NCBI GenBank assembly: GCA_000146465.1
Contig: CP001951.1
DNA: 64,000 bases
Strand: one strand, 5' to 3'
Part shown: positions 10,205 through 19,220 of the stretch, in pieces
Layout of the letters: each line of letters begins with the position of its first letter
How positions within the stretch are numbered: the first letter of the stretch is position 1
Made by a program: the position numbers and the translations under genes
Notes under the pieces: generated by a model
The model's input: the letters and a program-made list of their open reading frames with translations, nothing else
Database searches by the model: none
Told to the model about the DNA's origin: nothing

Positions 10205-11692
10205 TTATTTGGAGTCTTGATACAGCTTCGAGATACTTTCCTTCAGTTTCTCTGTATTTCCTGTGTATTTCTTATCTTTTAAGGCATCATTGACAAGATT
10301 TTGGATGTCGGCAGCTAGTTTTTCCCCAAGCTCTGTAGGAAGGCGATACCTGCTCTGATTTTCGATGTTTTTGTCAAGAAAGAAGGTGATGTCTTCTTCT
10401 GTTCTCTTGGATATCTCCTTTTTCCACACATTTAAGATATCTTCGACGTTTATCTCGATCATCTTCTCTATGGGGATTCCCTCAAGACTTTTCAGGTAGT
10501 TCCGGAATATATAGATATTGTTTACAACGTATACAGACTTCGGAATCCCTCTTAGGGTTTCTGCCAGAAATAGGATTTTCTCCATGGTCTTGGTACTGAA
10601 TTTTTCGAAAATGTCCTGGACAGTTTCCAGTTCAAAATCCTTTCCATACTCAGATGCAAATACTTTTGAAACATCTTTGTTGTCGTAGAAGGCTTCTAGT
10701 GCTTTTTCCATCTTCATACATAGCTCCTCAGTGTTACAGTACTTGTTTGGTTCCATTATCATGTCCAGGTCTTCAAAGTATTTTAGAATGCTATTACACA
10801 TGATCTTGTGTATGCTGTCTTTAAACACAAAAAGTTCCTCTACTACTCGGATTCTCTTGTCCCCGGAATACTTGAGTTGGCTGTCCAGAATTATTAGAAG
10901 GCCGATGTTTGCAATGTCCTCTTCCTTCTCCATTTTCAGTAGATTGTCTGCAATTGCTCTTTTGAGCCCAATCACAAACATCTTCAGCAGTCCAATGTTT
11001 GTAATCTTGGAATTTTCCTTTCCAAGCACATTGTCATTCATTTCAATTACATCCAGCAGAAACTTATCCAGATGAGAAGTTCTCTCGATGAGAAGTTCAG
11101 TGTTCATTCCTATGTCATCAAACCCCAATGTAGAATAGACCGTGTCTGTATACTTGCTGATAAATCTTCTTTCGTTACCATTGGAAAGAAGAAAGGTTGC
11201 AAACACTCGGAACTCAGGCTTGTACTCAGGAACTCTTTTCAAAGAAACAAAGAAGGATTCTTCAATCCCGTCGATTGCTCTTTTGACAAAATCATCTAGA
11301 ATATCAATCTCGGTGTCTACAATCTTAACACCCTTGTATTCCTTGAGTACCTCGCCCATGTCGATAAGCCTCCGTGTTGACTCTATTGCCTTCTTTTCTT
11401 GGAGCAGTTTCAAGTCCCTTGGAAGGAATCTTTTCTCGGATTCCCCAAAAACCTCGCCTAGCTTGGACTTTTCCTCCTCTATAATCTCCTTTGTCGACAT
11501 AAATGAATCCAGAAATGTTAAGAGCCTACTAATGTTTTTCTTTGGGTTGATGTAAGGTCTAAATCCGTCCACAGCACTTAATTGGAGTCTTTCCATTAAA
11601 GAACTCAGTGTGTTTGCCTGAGACTCTATTTCTCTCGAAAGCTCAGCGCATTTCTTAAGCTTTGGCAGGATGCTTGGGATCTCCGGCATCAT
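10205..11692 (-). CDS. EXO70: exocyst complex component Exo70-like
   Basis: 495 aa with ATGATG start preceded by CCCC. C-terminal region matches the Exo70 family (YVVNNIYIFRNYLKSLEGIPIEKMIE versus human EXOC7 FLHNNYNYILKSLEKSELIQLV). Otherwise helical and K/E-rich. Confidence 0.5.
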   Translation of the reverse strand: MMPEIPSILPKLKKCAELSREIESQANTLSSLMERLQLSAVDGFRPYINPKKNISRLLTFLDSFMSTKEIIEEEKSKLGEVFGESEKRFLPRDLKLLQEKKAIESTRRLIDMGEVLKEYKGVKIVDTEIDILDDFVKRAIDGIEESFFVSLKRVPEYKPEFRVFATFLLSNGNERRFISKYTDTVYSTLGFDDIGMNTELLIERTSHLDKFLLDVIEMNDNVLGKENSKITNIGLLKMFVIGLKRAIADNLLKMEKEEDIANIGLLIILDSQLKYSGDKRIRVVEELFVFKDSIHKIMCNSILKYFEDLDMIMEPNKYCNTEELCMKMEKALEAFYDNKDVSKVFASEYGKDFELETVQDIFEKFSTKTMEKILFLAETLRGIPKSVYVVNNIYIFRNYLKSLEGIPIEKMIEINVEDILNVWKKEISKRTEEDITFFLDKNIENQSRYRLPTELGEKLAADIQNLVNDALKDKKYTGNTEKLKESISKLYQDSK

Positions 11693-11812
11693 GGGGCTAT
11701 TGGTCTAACAATTCAGAAGTTTGACGTCCTTTAGAATGATTGGTGCTGGAGAGACAAGTGCCAATCACGGCATAGATTGCTTTATTATTACTTTGAGTTT
11801 CAATCCCCAACA

Positions 11813-13498
11813 ATGGTTGACTTCGGTGCTTCCAAGAAGACATTGCTGACAGGATTCATATTGATGGCATATTCAGACATTCTGAATAATAGAACATATG
11901 ACCTTGTTGGAGTAGATCAAGGATATACAACTTTCAAAGGTTACCACTACAATGCGGAAAAAGACATGTATGACGAAGTGTTCAGCCACAAACACAAGGA
12001 AAAGATCCATCTAGTTATCCCTGCGGACTTTACTGGAACCGGAAATGTAAGCTACATTCTTGTCTCGAAGAAAGGCCCGGAAAAGTTTAATATTTACATT
12101 TACTTCCGAGACTATGACGAATCCCGGTATCTCGGAGAATCTATTACAGTTCCGCTGCTTTACGCTTGCCCAGATGACTTACGCCCACAACTACTTGTAC
12201 AGTATAGCGACGGACTTAAGAAAATTAGAATTGACGAGAGCGGAAATATGATCAAAGAACCTGCCGACGAGTATGGAAAGCTTCATAAGGAACATACATC
12301 TGCATTTGTTGAGGTTGATGGGAGTATGAAAGCCTGTCTTTGCCTTGTTCTAGATGATGGCCATGGAGGAAGACTTCTGAGGATTCTGAGCAACAGAAAT
12401 GGAGAGTTTATAAATTACTTTGAGATGAAACTACCTGATGAGATCGGCCCTATAGTTTTTGGAGACTTCAATGGAAATGGGATGAATGACATGGCATTTG
12501 TTCAGAAGAATGGAGAAAAATATCTCCTAAAGATTTACTTTAATACAACCTCTAGAGTTGGTGATGGAGACAAGAGACTTCTTGGAGGATTTCTCCCTCA
12601 CCAGATTGATAGCACCATATTTTCGGAAGGAAACATGAAAGTCATAGACCTAAGCGAAGAATTTCCAAACTGCACACCAGTAATAAGGTCTGAAGATCAC
12701 TTCGAAGGCCTTCCCTACGGGATATTTAATGCAGATCTCAGGGCAAAGGGAAGGCAGGACTTCTTCATTATAATGAAAGACATAGACAGCAGCATCCGGA
12801 TTGGAGTCCTCGAAAACAACTCGAATCCAGATGACATTCGGTTGGGAAAGGCAGAGTATAACGAAGATATCTTTGGCCTCAAAAACATCATCTCGATAAG
12901 TTGTTGCGACTATAACAACAAGGGACGAGAGGCAGTGTTCTTAAATAGAGTTGTGGACAATAATGCTGTTGTGGAGGCATACAAAAATGATCTTTCAAAG
13001 GAAAACCTTAAACTCAGTCTATCAACCATTCATCCTGGACTACAGAAGTATGGATCTGTTGTCCCAGGGGTGTCGTATCTGGTATCCTATGGAGATGGAG
13101 AAAGAATTATCATTTCGAATCAAACACCATACAGTACGTTTGTACATCTAAAGCACCAGGTGGCGTACATTGGACTGGGTACAATGAACCTTATAGTCGA
13201 CAGTCTGATGATAGGAACACCTGGAAAGAACGGGAGTCCATATGCAGGCCCATATGTGATAGATTCGATAGCCATTCCAAACACGGACCTAGTTGTATAT
13301 TTGGAAGAAAACGAGAAATACACTGTAGAGGCACATTTCATTGTTGGAGATCATTTCAAAACTATTATCGGGACATTGCTTATAGTTGCAGGAGTGAATC
13401 TTGCCTTTATACTCTTACTCCAATACAGAGACAGAAGAAGAATTATAAAAGCAAAGAATATGGACAAACTTCATCCACTTTTCTCTACGTTGCAATAG
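11813..13498 (+). CDS. FG-GAP repeat type I membrane protein (ITFG1/TIP-like)
   Basis: ORF-track start 11777 is TTG. The first in-frame ATG is at 11813 and is preceded by CCCC. FG-GAP-like repeats (FGDFNGNGMNDMAF, CCDYNNKGREAVF). Single C-terminal TM (IIGTLLIVAGVNLAFILLLQY) followed by a basic tail. Confidence 0.5.
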   Translation: MVDFGASKKTLLTGFILMAYSDILNNRTYDLVGVDQGYTTFKGYHYNAEKDMYDEVFSHKHKEKIHLVIPADFTGTGNVSYILVSKKGPEKFNIYIYFRDYDESRYLGESITVPLLYACPDDLRPQLLVQYSDGLKKIRIDESGNMIKEPADEYGKLHKEHTSAFVEVDGSMKACLCLVLDDGHGGRLLRILSNRNGEFINYFEMKLPDEIGPIVFGDFNGNGMNDMAFVQKNGEKYLLKIYFNTTSRVGDGDKRLLGGFLPHQIDSTIFSEGNMKVIDLSEEFPNCTPVIRSEDHFEGLPYGIFNADLRAKGRQDFFIIMKDIDSSIRIGVLENNSNPDDIRLGKAEYNEDIFGLKNIISISCCDYNNKGREAVFLNRVVDNNAVVEAYKNDLSKENLKLSLSTIHPGLQKYGSVVPGVSYLVSYGDGERIIISNQTPYSTFVHLKHQVAYIGLGTMNLIVDSLMIGTPGKNGSPYAGPYVIDSIAIPNTDLVVYLEENEKYTVEAHFIVGDHFKTIIGTLLIVAGVNLAFILLLQYRDRRRIIKAKNMDKLHPLFSTLQ

Positions 13499-13568
13499 TG
13501 AATATATTAAAATCCAAAACCTTTATGTATTTTTAATGAAATATAAATATCTTTTCGAAATTTGGCTG

Positions 13569-15122
13569 TTATTCAGTCTCCATCTCCGTTAATGTTTTTC
13601 TATTCAGCCCTAGAGACTGCTTTTTGTTCAAGTAGAAAAGAAGCCCAACTAGAGAAAAGGCCAGCATTCCCACACTTAATATGTAAATCTCGACGTTGTC
13701 ATAGGAGTAGTCCCCGGAGGCAAGGAATGCAACGGCAATTGGAGAAAATGTAAATGCCAGGTTCAGGATGCAATATATGGTGGCAAAGCCTGTTCCCAAG
13801 GACTCCTCTGATACCAAAGATGGAATGCACGGCCAGTAGCATGCTATTAGCGGTCCAGAAAATCCTAAAAATGTAGCAGATGCATATGGAGATAGGAAGT
13901 TAAAGAATATCCCTAGGTGCCCTAAGAGAAAAAGAATGCATCCAGCGCCAATCAGCCATAGCTTAAGTCCATATGCGTCTGTAATTGCACTTGTAAATGT
14001 AACCAATACTAGGGATATCCCTTCGATGATTGCCAGAACGTTTCCAGATGAGACAGGAGATAAACCGTATCTCTTTTGAAATAGCATTGGTGCTATTGTG
14101 TAGAATGGTGCCCATACCAAAGCAAACAAAAAGGACATCCCGACGAGTACATAGAAGGCTGAGTGATGAGTATTCTTTCCTTCAAGCCTCGGCTCGTAAA
14201 ACAATATGCCTGACTCTTCAAAGAGTACTTTGGGCTTTCCCTTTTCAAGTCTACTTTTTATAGATGTGGTCTCTTTTCCATCTGCCTTCCAAGGAGAGAA
14301 GGGATTTTCAAAGAGAATTGGATCTGTTTGAAGAAGTTCCTTGGGCTTTGATTCTTTGTAATCATAGAAAAACGGGTTTTCCGGAATGCTTAGAGAGTTG
14401 GAAGCATCTCTGGGCGTGGGGTCGCTTGCTTTTAGAAGGAATCCCGAGTCCGACTCTTCAAGAAACCCTTCTCCAGGGTACATCTTTTCTTCTTGAACCT
14501 CATCCCCAAATCCATTCTTTTGAAGTTCTATAAGCTTCTGCTTGAGTACCTTGTGAGATCTTTCCGAGTTATTTATTCTAAGACAGACCCAAAGTCCCAG
14601 AAGAGTCAGGAATATCCCAACCACACATGGAAACATCTTTCCAATATAATCTGCCAGGAAGGGAGTGACAAGGAAGTTTGCAACCGTGCCCATCCTGGCA
14701 ATGCATGAAAAGATCCCCATTGCGAATCCTAACTCCTTCCCCTTGAATTCATAAGATATTAGTTTGTTCTGAATGACTGCAAAGCTCTCTCCTCCAATTC
14801 CAAAGAAAAACCTCCCAATAAGCATGATCTTGAAGCTGTGGTTCCAAACTCCTATTGTGAAGATTAGATGTCCGAGAAAGACAAAAGCACATAGAAGCTT
14901 AGCCATGGTAGACTTCCTTACGTGGGTGATCCATCCAAAGAATACAGGGACAATTATGTTTGGTAGAGAGTACACCGAATAGAGTAAAGTTATTTTGTAC
15001 TCTATGCCTGATTCAGAGCCGAAGTCCATGTGATGGCTCAATGCAGACGGGATGTCATATACAAAATAAAATGAAAACAGTATTAATCCCGACAACAGAA
15101 GGATTCTATGTCTTTCTTTCAT
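13569..15122 (-). CDS. major facilitator superfamily transporter (MFSD1-like)
   Basis: 517 aa with about 12 predicted TM helices split by a hydrophilic central loop. MFS-type N-terminal helices (GWITHVRKSTMAKLLCAFVFLG). Confidence 0.6.
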   Translation of the reverse strand: MKERHRILLLSGLILFSFYFVYDIPSALSHHMDFGSESGIEYKITLLYSVYSLPNIIVPVFFGWITHVRKSTMAKLLCAFVFLGHLIFTIGVWNHSFKIMLIGRFFFGIGGESFAVIQNKLISYEFKGKELGFAMGIFSCIARMGTVANFLVTPFLADYIGKMFPCVVGIFLTLLGLWVCLRINNSERSHKVLKQKLIELQKNGFGDEVQEEKMYPGEGFLEESDSGFLLKASDPTPRDASNSLSIPENPFFYDYKESKPKELLQTDPILFENPFSPWKADGKETTSIKSRLEKGKPKVLFEESGILFYEPRLEGKNTHHSAFYVLVGMSFLFALVWAPFYTIAPMLFQKRYGLSPVSSGNVLAIIEGISLVLVTFTSAITDAYGLKLWLIGAGCILFLLGHLGIFFNFLSPYASATFLGFSGPLIACYWPCIPSLVSEESLGTGFATIYCILNLAFTFSPIAVAFLASGDYSYDNVEIYILSVGMLAFSLVGLLFYLNKKQSLGLNRKTLTEMETE

Positions 15123-15246
15123 TGTTGTTAATGAATAGCTATACCTTTTATTTCAGATTCTGTTTCAAAACTATCCAATCAAGTATAAGTGTATGGAAGG
15201 TTCTGGATGGCTGATGGGATCGCAAAACTTAACAGAACAGCTTTAA

Positions 15247-16452
15247 TCATGTAAAGTATAGAAGCTTCGACTTTTTTCTACTGAGAACCTCCTGTATTCC
15301 ATCCATGAAGTCATTTTGGGAGATTTCGGTCTTTTCCCTTCTAAGAGCTGCCATTCCTGCCTCCACACAGACTGCTTTGCATTGTGCCCCGTTAAATCCC
15401 TCGGTACTTCTTGCAAGCTCATCAAAGTTGACATCGTCTCTGACACTCATATTTCTTGCATGGATCTGGAGAATCCTTTTTCTTCCTAGTGCATTTGGAA
15501 GGGGAAATTCAATCTTTCTATCAAGTCTTCCGCTTCTTAACAATGCCGGATCTAAGATATCCACCCTATTGGTTGCAGCAATGATCTTTACCTCCTCGGT
15601 GGAGGAAAAACCGTCAAGCTGGTTGAGAAGCTCCAACATGGTTCTCTGAACCTCTCTGTCTCCAGTCTGATCAGAGTCAGATCTCTTGGCTCCTATCGCG
15701 TCAATTTCATCTATGAAGATAATTGTTGGCTTTTTCTCCTTTGCAAGAGCAAATGCATCCCTGACAAGCCTTGCTCCATCTCCAATATACATTTGTACAA
15801 GCTGAGGGCCTGCGAGCTTCAAAAATGTTGCATTCGTTTTGCTTGCGCATGCTCGTGCCATCAGTGTTTTCCCCGTACCAGGAGGACCGTACATCAAGAC
15901 CCCCTTAGGAGGCTTTATGTTCAGCTTTTCAAATCTTTCTGGATGTGTGAGGGAAAGAACTATTGCCTCATTTAGCTCCTCTATCTGTCTTTCTAGCCCT
16001 CCAATGTCCTCGTAGGTTTCGTCGGGCTTTGCATCAGACTTCAAAACCATTCCCCCGACCTTCATGTCATAGTCGGGTGGAAGCTTCTCAAATACTATGT
16101 TTGTGTCCTTATGTAAAGCTACAAGATCTCCAGGGCGAAGTTCGGAATTGGGAATAAGTCCTGTAATAGGAAGATATGAAGACATCCTTGTAGATGCATT
16201 GACAACAGCACTTTGATTATCAAGAACCTCCACAACGTTCCCAACAAGGTATGGAAGCTGCTTGTTGAGTCTTATTCTTTCCATGTTTTCTGCAATCGAC
16301 GCATTCTTTGTCGAAATATCATGCTTAATAGTATTCACCCGGCTCTGAAGAATCCTAGTCTCCGAATTCAGCATCCGGATCTTCTCCCGCACCTTTTCAA
16401 GAAACTCTTCGGGATTACTTTGATCCATCATTTCAAGCTCCTCCAGAGACAT
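15247..16452 (-). CDS. RPT5: 26S proteasome regulatory ATPase subunit Rpt5 (PSMC3 / 6A)
   Basis: 401 aa. Near-identity blocks to PSMC3: [106 protein letters not shown]. The C-terminus KKSKLLYFT resembles KKANLQYYA. Confidence 0.9.
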   Translation of the reverse strand: MSLEELEMMDQSNPEEFLEKVREKIRMLNSETRILQSRVNTIKHDISTKNASIAENMERIRLNKQLPYLVGNVVEVLDNQSAVVNASTRMSSYLPITGLIPNSELRPGDLVALHKDTNIVFEKLPPDYDMKVGGMVLKSDAKPDETYEDIGGLERQIEELNEAIVLSLTHPERFEKLNIKPPKGVLMYGPPGTGKTLMARACASKTNATFLKLAGPQLVQMYIGDGARLVRDAFALAKEKKPTIIFIDEIDAIGAKRSDSDQTGDREVQRTMLELLNQLDGFSSTEEVKIIAATNRVDILDPALLRSGRLDRKIEFPLPNALGRKRILQIHARNMSVRDDVNFDELARSTEGFNGAQCKAVCVEAGMAALRREKTEISQNDFMDGIQEVLSRKKSKLLYFT

Positions 16453-16523
16453 CTTAGGGCCTCAGCCTCCAATTTTTTATCTTTCAAAACAATATCAAAA
16501 ACAAGGCTTTTCTCCAAAACAAT

Positions 16524-17732
16524 TCAATTGATTTCTTTTTTTTTCGGAAGTTTGTCAACCACATGCTTGTAAAACTCAAGTCTTCTATTGAAATGGTTCA
16601 GGAGTTTTTGTGCACATTTATAATATTGTGTGTCTTTACCATTGTATGTAAAGCAATTATTCACCATTAAGTTCACGTCTTCAACAAACGCTTCAATGAA
16701 TTTGTATTCATTGTTTTTTAACTTAGATGACATCGTAGACAGATCCATAGGTTTGGATATACATTTGTAGTAGTTAGGGACTTCCTTAGGATCCACAGGC
16801 TTCAAAAATGGCCAGGCATATGCATTGATGCAAAGATCAGATATAAGATACGAAATAAACCTGTCCTGGCACCTCTGATCATTGGTCTCCTCTGCAGAAT
16901 ACCTTGCATTCAAGACTCCTGGAATATCGTTGACGTCTTTAATTTCCGAGTAGTCATCTATCTTCCGAATAATATGATATTCATTGACCTTCTTCATCTC
17001 TTCAAACAACTTTCTTTTCCTATCTTGAATAATCTCCTGCTTTTTCAAATAGTTAATTTCCCAGAGTACACAGCACTCTACTATTGTGCCCCCTTCATAG
17101 TCCTTAATAAACCCAATCCATCCTCCAAATCTTATCTCTGTTGTAAATCCTTGTTTCTTGAAGTACCCTATTGCAAAGTTGTCTGCATATGTTACCAAGT
17201 AGAGGGATGGGGCATTGCTTTCAGGAGTTCTGCATAGAAGCGGGGTGAGATCTTCTATAACCCTATTCTTCTGTTTAGGGCTCCCTGAAAGGCCATTTGA
17301 TGGTTTCTCAAAATAGCTTCTTATCTCTTCCTTAATGACCTCCTTAAAGAGATCCATCATAAATCCTCCAATTCCTTTTACTTGGAAATCATAGTCTACA
17401 GCTAAGAACACAATTTCTACAAAGTTTCTCTCAAAAAACGGTCTGTAACATATTCCGCCAACCACTTCTCCTACGGAGTTCAGCAGTACCAGGTTGGCAT
17501 GCTTTGTGTCGAATACTTGTCTGAGAATGTATTCCCCAGGCATCTTGGAGAGCTGATTCTGGAAAAGATACTTGGTTCTCAGAAGAAGTATCTTGTCTAC
17601 ACATGGATCCGACGACGACACAACAACAGCCTTCAGCTCCCCATTCTTGAACTTCGCATACAACATTTCTTTTTCATTTCTCCATGTTTGGTTTCTTTCC
17701 AATCCAAAAAGATTCGTTTCAACACTATCCAT
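16524..17732 (-). CDS. GCN5: histone acetyltransferase GCN5 (GNAT domain + bromodomain)
   Basis: The GNAT core (LLLRTKYLFQNQLSKMPGEYILRQVFD, VDYDFQVKGIGGFMM, YADNFAIGYFKKQGFT) aligns with yeast Gcn5. C-terminal bromodomain (FLKPVDPKEVPNYYKCISKPMDLSTMSSKL...CFTYNG). Start moved to the internal ATG (MDSVETN) because the longer ORF-track frame overlaps the upstream PAP2 gene by 83 nt. Confidence 0.85.
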   Translation of the reverse strand: MDSVETNLFGLERNQTWRNEKEMLYAKFKNGELKAVVVSSSDPCVDKILLLRTKYLFQNQLSKMPGEYILRQVFDTKHANLVLLNSVGEVVGGICYRPFFERNFVEIVFLAVDYDFQVKGIGGFMMDLFKEVIKEEIRSYFEKPSNGLSGSPKQKNRVIEDLTPLLCRTPESNAPSLYLVTYADNFAIGYFKKQGFTTEIRFGGWIGFIKDYEGGTIVECCVLWEINYLKKQEIIQDRKRKLFEEMKKVNEYHIIRKIDDYSEIKDVNDIPGVLNARYSAEETNDQRCQDRFISYLISDLCINAYAWPFLKPVDPKEVPNYYKCISKPMDLSTMSSKLKNNEYKFIEAFVEDVNLMVNNCFTYNGKDTQYYKCAQKLLNHFNRRLEFYKHVVDKLPKKKEIN

Positions 17733-17766
17733 CCTTTCTGCCCTAGTTAATCTCCGGTTTATATCC

Positions 17767-18465
17767 TTACCCTTCGTTCCTCTTGTATCTTTCCGCCACA
17801 ATTGTTGTTTCAAGGTGCTTGAGCCTTGCAATTCCTGCAAGAGCTCCAATAATTCCCCCTCCTACCACGTCAGAGGCAAAGTGCTTGTTATCTATCACAC
17901 GGCTTGCTCCCACAGCAATAGGAACCATTAAAAATAGAGAGTAAAGCATAAAAACAATCCCCCGGTTCACCTTTGCTCTAAGTTCGGGAAGACTAAGCTC
18001 CTTGTATATGAAGAAAGCTAGAAACATAAACCCACATGCAGCAATCGAGGTGTGTCCAGACGGGAAACTCTTTCTTCCCTCCATCACAATAGAGGGATCT
18101 CCAGTACACTTTCCTCCAACAGGAATGCATCTGTCCAAAAAATCAGGTCTGAGTCTTCCAACAACATTCTTCATGTTCTCAACAATGGCGGATGTGAAGA
18201 GACAAGCCACTAGAAATGACATATAAAAGTATATCTCATCAACTCTCTTTACTATGTTGATCCGAAAAGTTCCAAACATAATTCCAAGAGGTGCAAGAAT
18301 AGATATGGCTGCAATCTCTACAAATGTTATTGTATCGTGGTATAAATACGACTTAGATATTGACCTGTCGTTTACATTAAAGGGCCGTTCATATGGCTCT
18401 ACTGTACTTGAGAGAAATAAGAGGCCTATGGACACAATCGTGATGGCAAGCATTTCTCTTGTCAT
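17767..18465 (-). CDS. lipid phosphate phosphatase (PAP2 family)
   Basis: 232 aa, multi-TM. PAP2 tripartite motif: K...GRLRPDFLDRC, SFPSGHTS, SRVIDNKHFASDVVGG. Confidence 0.7.
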   Translation of the reverse strand: MTREMLAITIVSIGLLFLSSTVEPYERPFNVNDRSISKSYLYHDTITFVEIAAISILAPLGIMFGTFRINIVKRVDEIYFYMSFLVACLFTSAIVENMKNVVGRLRPDFLDRCIPVGGKCTGDPSIVMEGRKSFPSGHTSIAACGFMFLAFFIYKELSLPELRAKVNRGIVFMLYSLFLMVPIAVGASRVIDNKHFASDVVGGGIIGALAGIARLKHLETTIVAERYKRNEG

Positions 18466-18539
18466 TGTTGATCGATCCCTTGCAATTATTTGTAGTTATA
18501 ACAAATAAAGAAAAGCCCAAAAATCAACATAAACGGAGT

Positions 18540-19148
18540 TTATTGAAGCACTTTGTCTCCGGGATAGAAATATCTTTGGACCCCATTCCTAGAAATTGCA
18601 GACATTCTTATGCATCCTCCAGAAGCATTGTCTCTGTTTATTGCACACGAAACTGCGTTTTTGATAAATCCAATTCCTTCCTCAAGACTCATCCCATTTT
18701 TCCAATTAACATCGCAATAGCCATATATAAACGCAGATCCAGAGCCTCCAATTGCCCAATCGCACTCCACAAGCGTCCCTCCGAGAGATATGTTGAAGAT
18801 CCTTGGCTTATCGTCGTATCCAGCAACTATGAGACCTGCCAAGAGGCTTGGATTCTCATATATGATCTTACTAGCCAGTGTTGCTGCTCTTTGAACCAAA
18901 GGAATAGAGCTTTCAAGATGTGAATACAGAGTAAGATACATCTTTAGGTACTCAGAAATCATTTGTGTATCTGCCGAGCTCCCTGACCTACAAACAAATA
19001 TGTTATTTGTAATCGGTGTAAGCTTGTCAGTCACTCTGCTTGGGATATATGCTCCCATCGATGTTCTTGAGTCTGCTCCAATCAATACTCCATCATCATA
19101 CTTTATTGCAATAATGGTGGTGCCTGTCATCTCCTTCTTATTAAACAT
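18540..19148 (-). CDS. PRE3: proteasome subunit beta type-6 (beta1, Pre3-like, catalytically active)
   Basis: 202 aa with a short propeptide before Thr1 (MFNKKEMTG|TTIIAIKYDDGVLIGADSRTSMGAYIPSRVTDKLTPITNNIFVCRSGSSADTQ). Closely matches PSMB6. Confidence 0.85.
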   Translation of the reverse strand: MFNKKEMTGTTIIAIKYDDGVLIGADSRTSMGAYIPSRVTDKLTPITNNIFVCRSGSSADTQMISEYLKMYLTLYSHLESSIPLVQRAATLASKIIYENPSLLAGLIVAGYDDKPRIFNISLGGTLVECDWAIGGSGSAFIYGYCDVNWKNGMSLEEGIGFIKNAVSCAINRDNASGGCIRMSAISRNGVQRYFYPGDKVLQ

Positions 19149-19220
19149 CTTCCAAGGGCAAGGCTATCTTTCTTTTGTTATCAAAGATACCAAAAACACC
19201 TCGATAGAAATGTATCACTC

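Noticed and set aside
17733-17849. N-terminal 39-codon extension of GCN5 overlapping the 3' end of the PAP2 gene
   Set aside because: An 83-nt same-strand overlap is unlikely. The internal Met aligns with the start of the Gcn5 catalytic region.
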